Positions 1 through 13,777 of a stretch of 64,000 nucleotides of DNA are shown piece after piece. The stretch is from Anaeromyces robustus (taxonomy: Eukaryota), in contig MCFG01000246.1 of NCBI GenBank assembly GCA_002104895.1, positions 1 to 64,000 on the forward strand, written 5' to 3'. Made by a program: the position numbers and the translations under genes. Below the pieces are notes generated by a model. That model saw only the letters and a list, made by a program, of their open reading frames with translations. It had not been told where the DNA came from and ran no database searches. Each line of letters opens with the position of its first letter. Positions within the stretch are counted from its first letter, which is position 1.

Positions 1-590
1 AAATTAATTATTATTTTTAATTTAAATATTCTTAAATAATTATAAATAAACTGTATACATGTATACATTTAATATGTATACAAATATTAAATAAATAGAA
101 AAATACATAAAATAATAATTAATATTTATTTTTTGTATTTCTCAATGACAACTTCTTCCTTTTAATTATTATTATTATTATTTATTAAAATTATTTAATA
201 TTAATATTATGTATAAATATAAATACATAATATATTAAAATAATATTGATTAGTTATGTGATTAAGTATTATTTTATATTAAATACATACATTTTTATAT
301 TTATTATAATTAAGTGTAATATTAAATAAATACTGGTATAATTTTTTTTTTGGAAAAGAATATATTTAAGCTATTATATATAATTAATAAAAAAATTTTT
401 ATTTCCTTTTTCTAAATATCCAGTCTTATAATTATAGAAACATTAAGACCTTCCATCATTAATAGTTATTAAATTTATCTTTAATATTATTTAGTCATAA
501 AGTTTTCATTAATGGTCATTAAATATTAGTTATTAATATTAATACTTTTCTATTATAATTTATTACCACTATAATCTTAAAAGAATAGTA

Positions 591-676
591 CATTATTATT
601 TATATTTATTTATAACACAAATCAGTAGAAACAATTACATAATTATTTGTGTTATAAATAAATATAAATAATAATG
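591..676. repeat. Perfect 32-bp inverted repeat (hairpin) with 22-nt spacer
   Basis: 591-622 cattattatttatatttatttataacacaaat is the exact reverse complement of 645-676 atttgtgttataaataaatataaataataatg. Confidence 0.9.
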
Positions 677-765
677 GATATTAAATTAATGGAAGAAAAC
701 TGTTTATTAAAATTCATTTTTAATTAATTCTTTTATATATAGAATTCATTCATTTTTAAGTTTCA

Positions 766-866
766 TATTATTCAATAAAAATATTTATAATAATATAATT
801 GTAATATTTATTATGATTATTATTCAATAAAAAATATTTATTATAATATAATTTATTTATTATGAT
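766..866. repeat. Imperfect ~50-bp tandem duplication
   Basis: tattattcaataaaaatatttata...tttattatgat occurs twice in tandem (about 766-817 and 818-866) with small indels. Confidence 0.7.
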
Positions 867-1241
867 TATTAACTTCATATATTACTGTTCCAGATTATAG
901 TAAATCTATCTTTATATTTTAAATTTTTTTTTTATTATTACTCATAGTAAATTAATCTTCTTAAATCTTACTTTATTGATAATATTTGTTATTCTTATTA
1001 ATAGAAAATAAAATTAAGTATTTTAGCTTTATTCTGTGTAACATTATTAATATAACATTATATTTTATTTGAAAATATACATTTTTTTCATTAAAAAATG
1101 TGATATTTATTAATATAAATTGGTTATTAATTCATATAATTATAAATTGGATATTATTTACAATTTTACAATAAGTCTTTTATTATATAAAATTTTTACT
1201 ATTTCATGTTAATGATTACTTTTCACATTAAATCTTTATTA

Positions 1242-1350
1242 TTAAATTTTTGTTTTTAACTTTAATATCCATCTAAAATCCAAAATTAGTAAAAGTTTGG
1301 ATGGTTTTGAATGAATGTTAAAAGTAAAAGTTTTTAAACAAAAATTTTAA
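1242..1350. repeat. Degenerate inverted repeat (foldback)
   Basis: Left arm ttaaatttttgttttt..aactttaatatccatctaaaatccaaa pairs, with gaps, to right arm tttggatggttttgaatgaatgttaaaagt..aaacaaaaattttaa. Confidence 0.6.
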
Positions 1351-1372
1351 GTGTAACAAAATAAAGTTACAC

Positions 1373-1490
1373 GAAACTTCATAGAAATGGTAAATGAAAT
1401 GTATAATTAAAATAATACAAGAAACTTCGTAGAGATAGTAAATGAAAGTATAATTAAAATAATACAAGAAACTTTGTAGAGATGGTAAAT
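1373..1490. repeat. 47-48-bp minisatellite, about 2.5 copies
   Basis: Unit gaaacttc(a/g)taga(a/g)at(g/a)gtaaatgaaa(t)gtataattaaaataatacaa starts at 1373, 1421 and, partially, 1468. Confidence 0.85.
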
Positions 1491-1980
1491 TAAAATATTA
1501 AAGTTTATAAATAAAATATAATACCAAAAAACAACATCATTGTTAATTTTTATTGATATTGATATATTGGACAAAAAAATAATAAATAGAATATAGAAAA
1601 AAATTAAAAATTTGTAAAAATAACTTTTAGTAGTTTTATATTTTATACCTTAATAAAATTATTTAATAAATAATAAAGTTTTATGTTTTAATACAGTTAA
1701 ATTTATATAGTTAATTAGACATAATATATCAATTAAAAACAAATTCGAAATTAATTATGAAATATTAAAATTTGGTACGAATTAAAAAATAATATAAAAC
1801 AATACGAAAAATATATACACTTTTTCTAATTGTAGACGTACAGAAAATGGAATATATTTAAAAAAAGTATTAAATGATTATGAAATATTGTGAATATTAA
1901 ATAATTAAATTTGGTATTGAAAATTGCATATGTGATTTAATATTCAATTTTTAATATCAAATAAAATAAACTTCATTTTC

Positions 1981-2882
1981 TTAATTAACATCAGCAGGAA
2001 ATTTTTTATTTAGTAAAGATTTATCAAAATCAGAAAAATTAATAGTTTGTAAATCCTTTTTTGAAATGATTTTCCACTAAATCAAAGTTACAATTCAGTT
2101 ATTGGGTGTAGTTGTAGGAGTAGTAAATTCTATTTACCATTATTTGTTTTTGGATTTCATGAATAATAAGATTATATAATTTTTCAAAAGTTTAATTTTT
2201 CCAGTTTTATTATATTTTTCATTTATTTGATACCAAAATTATATATTAGTTCATTTCTTTAACATTAACTGTATTCATTAGACTTGTCTTCCTTCCAAAT
2301 ATATAATAATTATTATGAATTCTGTAAATCATTCGTTTTTTTTTTTTCTCTTCATCTATTAATTTATTATAAAAGTTGAAATGAGAATATGATACAACTT
2401 GAGATTTGGAAGGAATGAGCTTAAATGTCATCCATTTTTCCAAGATATAAGAATTTCTTCATTAATCAACTCTCCATTTTCACCTACTTTAACATTTGAT
2501 GAAAATGTCACAGAATTTTTTCCTAAATATCCTTCACTCTTTTCTCTGTTATTTGAATTATCAGGGTAGGAATAACCCATACGTATATGGATAAAATTCT
2601 GAGGTATTAAATAATCCATTTCTTTTATTAAAATAAATAATATTTTTATTAGTATCATTTTTCAAATTTCTAACATTAATTTACGAAGAATATTAATATC
2701 ATCAATAGTGAATTTTGGTATTTTCTCTAAAGCTATATGTTTTCTTAGGAATCTGAGTCTTTTTTTAATATTTAATATTGGATAGATAACAGAAACCATT
2801 TTATCCTATATTTTTGTTTTATGAAGATTTCATATTCTGAAAAAGTAGAATTAGATTCGTTAATAACGAAATAATCAACCAT
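1981..2882 (-). pseudogene. Decayed intronless coding-like sequence of unknown family
   Basis: Locally higher G+C than its flanks. Overlapping minus-strand ORF fragments (2428-2658, 2246-2443) and upstream MVDYFVINESNSTFSEYEIF / RLRFLRKHIALEKIPKFTIDDINILRKLML are broken by frameshifts and stops. Family not recognised. Confidence 0.4.
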
Positions 2883-3404
2883 AAAAACGTAGAAATTTTA
2901 TTTTCTTTATATGAAAATATTGATTTGTATAATTTAATTTTATAAAATAAAAAATAATATAATGTAAAATAATATATATAATCTGAAAATATTAAATAAT
3001 ATTCATTTTTATATAGGGTTAGTTTTAATATTTATAATATTAATAAAAAATAAAAATTAATTAATTAATTAATTAATTAATTAATTAATAATACATTGAT
3101 GTTCTATTCATATTATGAAATAATTACATGTTTTTTTTTTTTATCAATTTTTAAATTCAAATTTACAAATAATTGTATGAATTCATAATATTACTATTTC
3201 TTTTTAAATTCAATGGAAAATTAATATAATATTTTTTTTTTATTTTAAATAGTATTCCATTATTTTAATGAAAATAATAAGTTATTGAGGATTTTACATG
3301 AAAAAAAAAATTTAATCTAATTTTTAATTAGTATATATATTTTTATTACTTTGTTATACACAGAAAAAAAAATTTTTTTTTTTTTAATAGAATAAAATAA
3401 TATA

Positions 3405-3435
<31 letters not shown>

Positions 3436-3531
3436 CCAAACCAAACCAAACCAAACCAAACCAAACCAAACTAACTAAAATAAAATAAAATAAAGTATAA
3501 AATAAATATAACAAAACTTCATAAGAATAAA

Positions 3532-6500
3532 ATGCATGAAAATAACAGACGATTTAAGTCAAAAAATAAAAGACTTGAAGTTAGCATTTAATATATATAT
3601 ATATTTTATTATTTAATTATAAAGTATTATTATTAATTATATATATATATATATATATATATTTACATTCATTTATTTAATATTATAAAAAGGAAAGAAG
3701 TAAGACTGATGAATATTGGAATAAATTGAGAAATGCATTTTATGAAATTTTTAATAAAAATGCAGGTGAATTAAGTTTTGAAGAATTATATAGGTATATT
3801 ACTTTATATTATTTTATAATTTAATTAATATATATTAATTTAATACATATTAATCAATTAATGCTTTTTATATCAATTTATTTTTTTGGTAATGGAATTT
3901 TTTAATTTTCATAAATATATATATAGATATGCATATAATTTAGTATTATCAAAAGAGGGAAAGAGAATATATAATGGTACTTGTGAAATTATGGAAGAAC
4001 GTTTAAAAGAAATTTCTTTACAAGAAATAAAGCCTGCATTTCCGGTGCATGAACCAGGAAATAAGTACCAGTCAAATACAGAAATTGAACGTGATTTAGA
4101 TTTTTTAAGAATAATAAAGAAAACTTGGGATAATCATATTATGGCAATTACTGAAATAAAATCATTACTAATGTATATGGTACGTTAGAAATTTATTTAT
4201 TTATTAAATTGTTTGATATTTTTGCTTGTAACAAATTATTAAAATTCTCTCTTTTTTTTTTTTTTTTTAAAGGATCGAGTTTTTGTTCCTCGTGCGAAAC
4301 TATTGCCAATCTATGAAAAAAGTCAACATATTTTTAGAGATATTATAATATATGATGAAAATATTAAAGAATTTATAATTAATATAATTTTAAAACAAAT
4401 TGAAAGAGAAAGATCTGGCGAAATGATTGATAGAAGCTTAATCAGTAATATTATTAGTATGATGCTTGATTTACATGAAGGAGATGGTGAAACCGGTAAT
4501 TATTTATTTATATAAAATTTCATTTGTTTTAAATTATTTAATATTTATTAATATATTATTTATTTATTCATTTATATATTATATATTCATTTATATATAC
4601 ATGAATATTTGTTTATTATTATTATATTATCAAATATTTTTTGTAATATTATAATTCTTTGTGTATGTATTAAATGTATTAAATATATATTATATAAAAT
4701 AAGGATTGTCGTTGTATAAATCAATTTTTGAAGATAGGTATTTAGAAAGTAGCAGAATTTATTATGCTAATTTAAGTGAAAAATTTTTAGATGAAAATGA
4801 TGCTTCAGAGTGGTTGAAAAAAGTATGATATTTTTTTTTAAAACAAAAATGAATATAAAATATTTATTAAATGATTTTTTATACTTTTTTTCTTCTTAAC
4901 TATATATATATAATTACATATATAATTTTATGATTTAAAGTCTGAATATCATATGGAAGAAGAAAAAAATCGTACAGAACAGTATTTATCAACATTTAGT
5001 ACACGAGAAATTTTAAGAATTGTTGAACAAGAAACAATTGAAAAACATGTTAATACAATTATTGAAGTAATTTATTAATTTATTATTATAATTTTAATAT
5101 ATATTTATAAGTAAAAAAATGATATTTGAATGAAATTTAATGGAATATGATTTATAATGATAAATTAATAACTAATTATTAGAATATAAATTATTTATAT
5201 TAAAACAATTAGTTATAAATCTTTGTGTGTGTTATTTTATTTTATTATTGTTTTTTTTTTTTTTTTATTATACTAACTATTTTTTATATATATATATATC
5301 ATTTATATTTTTATCATTATTATATATTATTGAAAATATTATTATTTTGTTTTTTGTTTTCATGATTTATTAATAGATGGAAAATTCAGGATTGAAATCA
5401 TTAGTTAAAGATGATAAATATAGTGATCTTAAAAGAATGTATAATTTATTTGGAAAAGTAAATAATGGTCGTGAAGAATTAATTAAAGCATTATGCGAAT
5501 ATATAAAAGAATTAGGTGAAGATATAAATGAAACTTGGGCATTAGTTACCCCACAGTCTAATGAATCAAATAAACATATTAATAATAATACAAATACAAA
5601 TATAAATACAAATAATAATACCATCAAAAAAAATTCTACTATAAATAAGAATGAAAATCTTGATTTATTAAACTCTAAAAATAATCAAAGTTCAAAGACA
5701 GAACATATAACCAAACAATCTATAAATCCGAAACAATGGGTAATTAAATATCTTGAATTAAAAGAAAAACTTGATAATATTTTAGAACGTGGCTTTGATA
5801 ATGATAAAAAATTCCAAATGAAAATGAATTCAGTTTTTCAGTTAATTATTAATGAAAATCCAAAAGCTTCAGAGTCATTAAGTTTATTTATTGATGATAA
5901 TCTTAAAAAAGGAATTAAAGGAGTATTTATTTGTTTATTATTTATTTATATATTTATTTATTATTTTAATTATTATTATTGTTGTTTATTAATTAATTAA
6001 TTAATATGAAATTTTTTATTTATTATCTGTTGTTTTATTAAATTGATATATCATATTTATTTTATATTAATAGAAATCTGATGATGAAATTGAAGATCTT
6101 TTGAATAAGTCTATTGTATTATTTAGATTTATTTCTGACAAAGATGTATTTGAACGTTATTATAAACAACATTTAGCAAAGAGATTATTATATAAGAAAA
6201 GTTTAAGTGAAGATGCTGAAAGAATAATGATAACAAGATTACAAGTAACATACCTATTCATTTTATTAAATATATGATAATTAATATTTATATGATATGT
6301 ATATTTATTTATTTTATCATCTTAAATATATTTTATACTATATTATTTAATTATATGTAAAAGATGGAATGTGGCCATCAATTTACAACTAAATTAGAAG
6401 GAATGTATAAAGATATTAGTATATCATCTGAATTATCAAGTGAATTTAAATCATTAGAAAAATCAAAGGGTAAAAAATTACCAGAATTAAATGTATCTGT

Positions 6501-7422
6501 ATTAACTAAAATCTTTTGGCCTATGAGTGGCCAAATTACTCCAAATCTTCCATACCCAATAGAAATTCAAACTTTAATGGATGATTTCTCAAAATTTTAT
6601 TATTCTAGACATTCAGGAAGAAAATTATTATGGCAATCTTCACTAGGAAGTGCTGATTTAAGAATTAATTATGAAAGAGGAAGTAAAGATATTAATATTT
6701 GTAATTTAGGTATGATTCTTCTTATTAATATATTTAATAAATGGGCACCAGGTGATACATATACATTTAGACAAATACAAACAGAATTAGATGTAAATGA
6801 TCTTGAATTAAAAAGAGTTCTTCAATCTCTTGTTTTCTCAAAATATAAATTATTACAAAAAATACCAAAATCTAGAGATATTAAGGATGATGATGAATTT
6901 ATTGTGAATGTTAAATTTAGTACCCCATTAAATAGAATTAAAATACCCATGGTGGTTGCTTCAGGTAATATTCATAATAGATCATCAATTATTGAAAATA
7001 ATGATGAAAGAGAAGAAACTTTTCGTCATATTGAAGATAGTAGACGTTTTCAAATTGATGCTGCTGTGGTAAGAATTATGAAAGGTCGTAAAAAAATGTA
7101 TCATAATAATTTGATAACTGAAGTAACTAATCAATTATCAAGTCGTTTTATGCCAAGTCCTACAGCAATTAAAAAACGTATTGAAAGTTTAATTGAACGT
7201 GAATATATGGAAAGATCACCAGATGATAGGTAATAATAATAATAACAATAATATAGAAATAAATAAAAATTATATATTAAAACTTTAATTATAACTAATT
7301 ATATTGCATTTATTATATATATATATATATATTATATTATTATTATTAACATGTTAATATCAATAAATTTTATAAAAAATATAATTGATTTTGATAGAAA
7401 AATTTATCTCTATTTAGCATAA
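3532..7422 (+). CDS. CUL3: Cullin-3 (CRL3 ubiquitin ligase scaffold), about 10 exons
   Basis: Spliced peptides include LSFEELYRYAYNLVL, DKDVFERYYKQHLAKRLL, ECGHQFTTKLEGMYKD, RHSGRKLLW, the neddylation motif IDAAVVRIMKGRK and KKRIESLIEREY. It ends RKIYLYLA* at 7422. GT-AG introns. Confidence 0.95.
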
Positions 7423-7686
7423 TTAATCTCATCATTATTATTTCTATAATTGTTCATACTTTAAATAAAGATTTTTATATTTTATCAATATCATATTAAA
7501 CTTAATAATATATAATAATTATAGAAAAAGAAAGTAATTTAAAACAAAATAAAATATATGTATAAAAAATTAAAATAAATTAAACTAAATAAAACAATAT
7601 AAAATAATAAATATTATTAACAATAATAATTTTTAAGATAATATAATTATTTATAATTTATTTTATTAATCTAAAGAAAATAAATT

Positions 7687-9187
7687 TCATTTTTTATTAT
7701 TTAATGATACATATTGTATTTGAAGACTATTATTTAAAGTTTCAGCTTTTTTTAATTTATTTAATAATTCTTTAAATTCATTAAGTTCTTCCAATTCTTC
7801 TTTGAGAATAATATTTAGGGAATTGATAAGATTGGAAAGTTTATTAACCTTTTTTTAATTATATAAAATGTATATATTTTCCAAAGAAAAATAAAAAAAC
7901 AAAAAAAAATATTAGTATTTAAAAAATTATATTTAATATATGTAGTAATAAATAGGAAAATTTATTTACATATTTAATATATAAAATAACAATAATAATA
8001 ACAATATAATAAAAACCTTTTCTAATTTTTCTTTTTGTTCTGTTAGAATTTTTAAATTTTTTTCACATTCATTAAATTGCTTTGTAAGGTTGTCAATATC
8101 TTTTGTTATAATACCATGTGTTGTCATTTTTGAGGCAGTTGAATGTAATGCTATTAAAAAATCTTCATATATTTGTTTAAATTTATTAAGTTGGTTTTCT
8201 ATTATTGATATACATTCTTCCTATTAAATATAAAATCAATAAATTTTTTAATACTATGTTAATAAGTAAGGCATAAGGCTAAACAATATATATAAACCAA
8301 AAAATTTATTATTTTTTTATTCTTTTTTATTTCAATTATTATATATATTAAAATGATTATTTACTTGTATATCTAAATCTTCGTTAACTTTAATTAAGTT
8401 ACTCTTATTAAAATACTCTACATTCAAATTATTATATATATCTTTTTGTTTTGTTATGTATTTATAACCATTGTATAATTGTTTCTATTATTAATAGATA
8501 GATTTGATAATAAATATTATATTTTTAAATGAACATATAAATTTAATTTTTTAATTATTACATATTATAGATAAAGAAAATTTATTTAGTTGTAAATTAT
8601 ATTATACCTCAGCCTCTTTTTTCTGTGATTCATAAGCATCTGCTGTCATAGCGTTCAAATATATCCATTGATTTAACTGTGTATTTAAATTTGTTATTTC
8701 TTCTAATTCTTGAATATTTACATTAGTGGAATGATTAGCTGCATATAAAGAGGAATTTCGACGTAAGTTTGATGTTGAAGATATAGTACTTGCTCTATTT
8801 AAATGACTTGATACATTTTTTTTTACTGTGGTAGGTGAAGTTGTTGGTGAATTTGTCCTTTTAATTGGTTCATGTGCCGTTTTTTTTAGAGAATTTGAAC
8901 GTAAAGTTGTTGTTGTCGATGAAGTTGATGATGATTTTATTTGTCTATTTTATTTAAATTTGTAATAAAAATATAGTATATAATATTTCTTAAATTAAAT
9001 TATTACATTTATCATTTATAATTATTAAATGAATTAATATTACAGATTATAATAAAAATTATAATAATTTCAGAGTAATAATAAATAATAATAAATAATA
9101 ATAAATAATAATAAATAATAATAATAATAAATACTTTATTGCTGGTGAAGTTGGCTTTTTATTAGCACTTGTTAATCGGGAATGCAT
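7687..9187 (-). CDS. HAUS8/AUG8 (QWRF-domain) augmin subunit-like protein, 5 exons
   Basis: Manual splice: basic Ser/Thr-rich N-terminus (MHSRLTSANKKPTSPAIK...), then coiled-coil LNTQLNQWIYLNAMTADAYESQKKEAEKQLYNGY ... DLDIQEECIS ... NKFKQIYEDFLIALHSTASKM. Resembles the plant QWRF motif and the animal HAUS8 core. Stop TGA at 7687-7689. Absent from the ORF track. Confidence 0.75.
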
Positions 9188-10266
9188 TTAATATTATCTA
9201 TAATATTGTAAAATATTTTTTTAAAAGGAATAGAGGTAATATTTAATAAGTATTAATCAAAAATTAATAAATTTTTTAAATTAATTTTTTTTAAATATAT
9301 ATTTCAGTGTTAATTCTTTATTACATATATATAATATATATATTATACATTTTTTAATACGTACATTTTTTATTTATTGAATTTTGTTTTTATTTTTTAT
9401 ATAATAATAAAAATATTAATAATTTAATATAAATGTTATAAATATTTAATATTTTGTATTTATTGTATATATTATTATTATTAAATGTTTTGTAATTATA
9501 TCCTTTCAATATTAAATATACAAAATTTAAAGCCTGTAATTTATTTTATAATATATTATAAATATATTAATATATATTAATTGTGATATTTCTCTTATTT
9601 TTTTTTTTTTTTTTTATTAATCAAAGTTTTTATTTGATAGTATATTTGATTAAAATCACATATATATTATAATATATTATAATTATACAAAAATATATGA
9701 TTTAATTGAATAATCAAAAATTCATTTTTTTTTATTAATATATAAATAATAATAAGTAAATACTATAATAGTAATAATACAACTAATAATAAAATATACT
9801 AATAATATATAAAAATAAAATAAAATTTAATATATAGAAATTATAACATAATATTGTAATATTTTTTTTATTTATTTTTCTTTCTTTCTACAGCACTTTA
9901 TATATAATTTAATTATTTATTGTTATTGAAATTGAAATAATTGAATGTTAAAGATATTTTATAATATATCTTAGCATAAATTAATTTGTTAATCACATAA
10001 AAATAAACTATATTTATAAAGAGCAAAATAAAGATTCATATATATGTATGTATTATAATAAATTATAAACAAAAGTTTTTTTTTATAGAAATTGGTACTT
10101 GAAATGAAATTATAAAATAATCAAGAAAAATGTTTTTAAACCGGAGTAAATTAAAAAAATCAATATAAATGACTATATTAAAATCGAAATCAATATAAAT
10201 CTTATTATTTTATAGAGTTATAATTATATTTTGTTTATATGTATTTACATAAATAATTATTACCAT

Positions 10267-10309
<43 letters not shown>

Positions 10310-10908
10310 CAACAACAATAGTAATAATAAAGTATATTTATAATAAAAACAAACAAATATTTTACAATAAAATAATACAATTTAAAAATAGTACAAAAAA
10401 TAAAGATATATTATTTTTGTTTAAATAAAATGTTGATAATAATAAAATATAAATGAAAATTTTTTATAAATATTTTAACTCAAATTATGATAATAATTTA
10501 ATTAAAAAATATTTATATTTTAAAATATATAGTGGACTTTTTATATATATTTATTTGAATTTAATATTTATATTATATAACAAGAAAATTTATTAAATAT
10601 TATTAAAATCCATTCAATTATGTATAAGAGTTTTATTGAATTAATAATTTTAATTATTTAAAAAGTATCATCTTTTAATAACATAAATCGAGAACTTTTA
10701 AATGAGTTAAAGTAGATTTTTTTTTTTAAAAGATTAAATAAGCCGAATTAAAATATATTAAAAAATATTATTCAATATAAATTAGAGTAAATTATAAACT
10801 TATTAGCAAATTTTAAAAATAATTACAAATATAGAAATTTCGTATATACATTAAAGCATTTATTTGTTTATTTATCTAATAGTATATAATATATATTAAA
10901 ATATTATA

Positions 10909-10945
<37 letters not shown>

Positions 10946-11140
10946 TTTATAATATTTATAAATTATAATTTAACAATTAATTTTGTTTAATAATTATTTT
11001 AAATAAAAGTATAAAAATGTTTAATAATATTTAAATTTTTATATATTATTGTTTTTTATTTTGAAATATTAATCTAATTTATATTTTATATATTTCATAT
11101 TTATTTCATGTGAAAAGCCACGTAAATTAAAATAATAAGT

Positions 11141-13393
11141 ATGGATTCCAATAAAAAACAAGGTGGATATATTCATTCACAACCTCAACATAACCATTAT
11201 AATAATGGTGGTAACAGAGGATATAATAATCATCATTCAAATAATTACAATGGTAATAATAGACGCATGGATAAAAAGAAACAAAATAATACAAATAATT
11301 CCGGAAATAATGGTTATCAATATGCTCAAAATGAAGTTCAAGGAAATGAACAAAATGTAAATTATTATAATAATGTTGACGAACAACAATCTCAACAACC
11401 ACCACAACAACAACAACAGCCACCACAACAACAACCAACACCTCAACAACAACAAGCTGTTCCAGCATATCATTATTATCCAGTAGTTCAACCACAACCA
11501 ATTTTTTACACACCAGCTGATCCTCATTATTACTCTACTACCCAACCACCACCAATTCAAGCTGCTGGTTCTCCAACAGCTGTTGGAATGTATCCTCCTT
11601 CAGGTGTTATTGTTGCTACTACAACTCAAAATCTTCAAGTTCCAAATAGAGTTATGACAGCTATGCATCAAATTCCAATGTATCCAACTAACCAAATGGG
11701 AGGATATACTCCTCAACAAGGTCAACAAAATCATCAACAAAGATACAATCGTCATAATAATACTAATAGACGCTCTCAAGGTGGTGCTTCAAATGCATCT
11801 ACTAATAGTAATCATTTCAACAACAACAATGGTACTTATTCCACTACAACTAATATTTATATTAGCGGTTTAACACCAGATGTTACTGATGAAAGTTTTG
11901 CAGAAATGTGTAATAGGTAAAGGATAATGATTATTAAATATATAATATATTTGTTTTATTATTTATTTATATATTAAAAATATTTATATTTTATATTATA
12001 TGTAATTATTATAGCTATGGAAAAATTATATCTTCAAAGGCTATTATTAACACTGAAACTAATGAATGTAAAGGTTTTGGTTTTGTTATGTACGAAAATG
12101 AAGAACAAGCAAGACATGCTATGGATGAACTTAACAAAAAAGGTTTTAATGTTTCATTTGCTAAGGTATATATTGTTATTTATATAAATATTATTTTTAT
12201 ACAATTAAAATTATAATTAATAATTTTAAATTTTATTTTCCCAATAATTAAAGGATTCTTTAAGCGCTCGTCTTAAGAATCTTCAAGATGAAGAATCTAC
12301 AAATATTTATATATCTAATATTCCATTATCAATGACTGATGAAGTAAATATAAATTATATAAATTAAATACATATGGTTTTTTTAATATTATATATTTAT
12401 GTTTTTTTTTTCTAATTGTCAATAATTTATTTTTTTTATAATAAATAGGAATTTTTAGAATTATTTGCTCCTCATAATGTTGTTTCACATACTATCTTGA
12501 AGGATCAAAATGGTGTTAGTCGTGGTGTTGGTTTTGCTCGGTAAATAATAATGATTATTTATAAATTGTTGAATTGTATAAGTTATTTAATCATATTTTA
12601 TTAATAATTTTTTTTTTATTTTTAAAATTTTTATAATAATTAGTTTTGAAACCCGAGAAATTGCAAAAGAAATTATTTATAAATATAATAGTGTTAAATT
12701 GGAAGGAAGTACTAATTCTTTACAAGTTAGATTTGCTGATAGTAATGCTCAAAAGAAATTAAAAGAACAAGTTGCTAATAAGAAATACAACACTACTCCA
12801 AAAATTAGATATCAAGTAGTTATTATTATATTTTTTGATTTATATAGTTGTATTATAAATATTATTATTATTTGTTTAATATTCGATAGATATTAAGTTA
12901 TATTAATTAATTAATTAATTAATTAATTAATAGAATAATATGGCTTCTCCAGAACAAATGATTACATACCAATATTATGGATCACCAGTTATTCCACCAA
13001 CAAGGTAGATTTTTATTATTTTTACTACTTTTATTATTATAATTTTATAAATACTAAATTAAATTATTAATATATTATTATTTTTATTAATCATATTATG
13101 CTATGTTATAATATATTAATAGTCCATTGCCAATGCCAGCTCAAGTTCCAATCATATCACCAAATCTTTATCCAGGAATGTTTAGTCCAATGCTTCCACC
13201 AGCTAGTCCATCATTAATATATATTGATAATATGAATGATAATGGTAATATGAATGAAGGTTATGATTCACAATCTGACAATGTTAATTCACCAGTAAAT
13301 ACATCATCTCCAACTACAAATGATGCTAAAATTGATAAACTTTCAATGAATATGCAAAATAAATTGAGAATTAATGATGAAATGGGAAATTAA
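11141..13393 (+). CDS. RBMS/MSSP/Shep-like RNA-binding protein with two RRMs and a Q/N/P-rich N-terminus
   Basis: RRM1 TNIYISGL...YGKIISSKAII...CKGFGFVMY; RRM2 STNIYISNIP...GVSRGVGFARFE...LQVRFAD. This matches the RBMS1-3 pattern. About 7 exons. Confidence 0.88.
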
Positions 13394-13725
13394 AGAATAA
13401 ATAAATAAAATCAATATAATAAGCAAAACAAAATAAAATAAATAAACAAAATAAAACAAAAAACAACAACAAAAAATAATCATGTCTATATGAATTTTTT
13501 TAATATAATAAATATTTTTAAAAATATTATGAAATATATATTTATAATATAATATATATAAATATATATTAAAATGAAAATTAATTATTTATTTCTTTTA
13601 TGCATAAAAAAATTAAAAAATTTACTAAAAAAGAATGAAATAAAAAGAAGTAAAAAACCCAAGAATACAAGATTAAAATAAAGTAATAATTAATACAAAC
13701 AAGTAAACATATCATTAGATTAAAT

Positions 13726-13777
<52 letters not shown>

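Noticed and set aside
1351..1385. Helitron 3' terminus
   Set aside because: A short hairpin is present but no clear CTRR end follows; kept only as part of the structured block.
1373..1490. CRISPR-like repeat array
   Set aside because: Units are contiguous with no unique spacers, the context is eukaryotic, and there are no cas genes; it is a minisatellite.
9498..9506. Second ATATCCTTT U12-like donor
   Set aside because: Intergenic on the + strand with no upstream exon or matching branch/AC acceptor identified.
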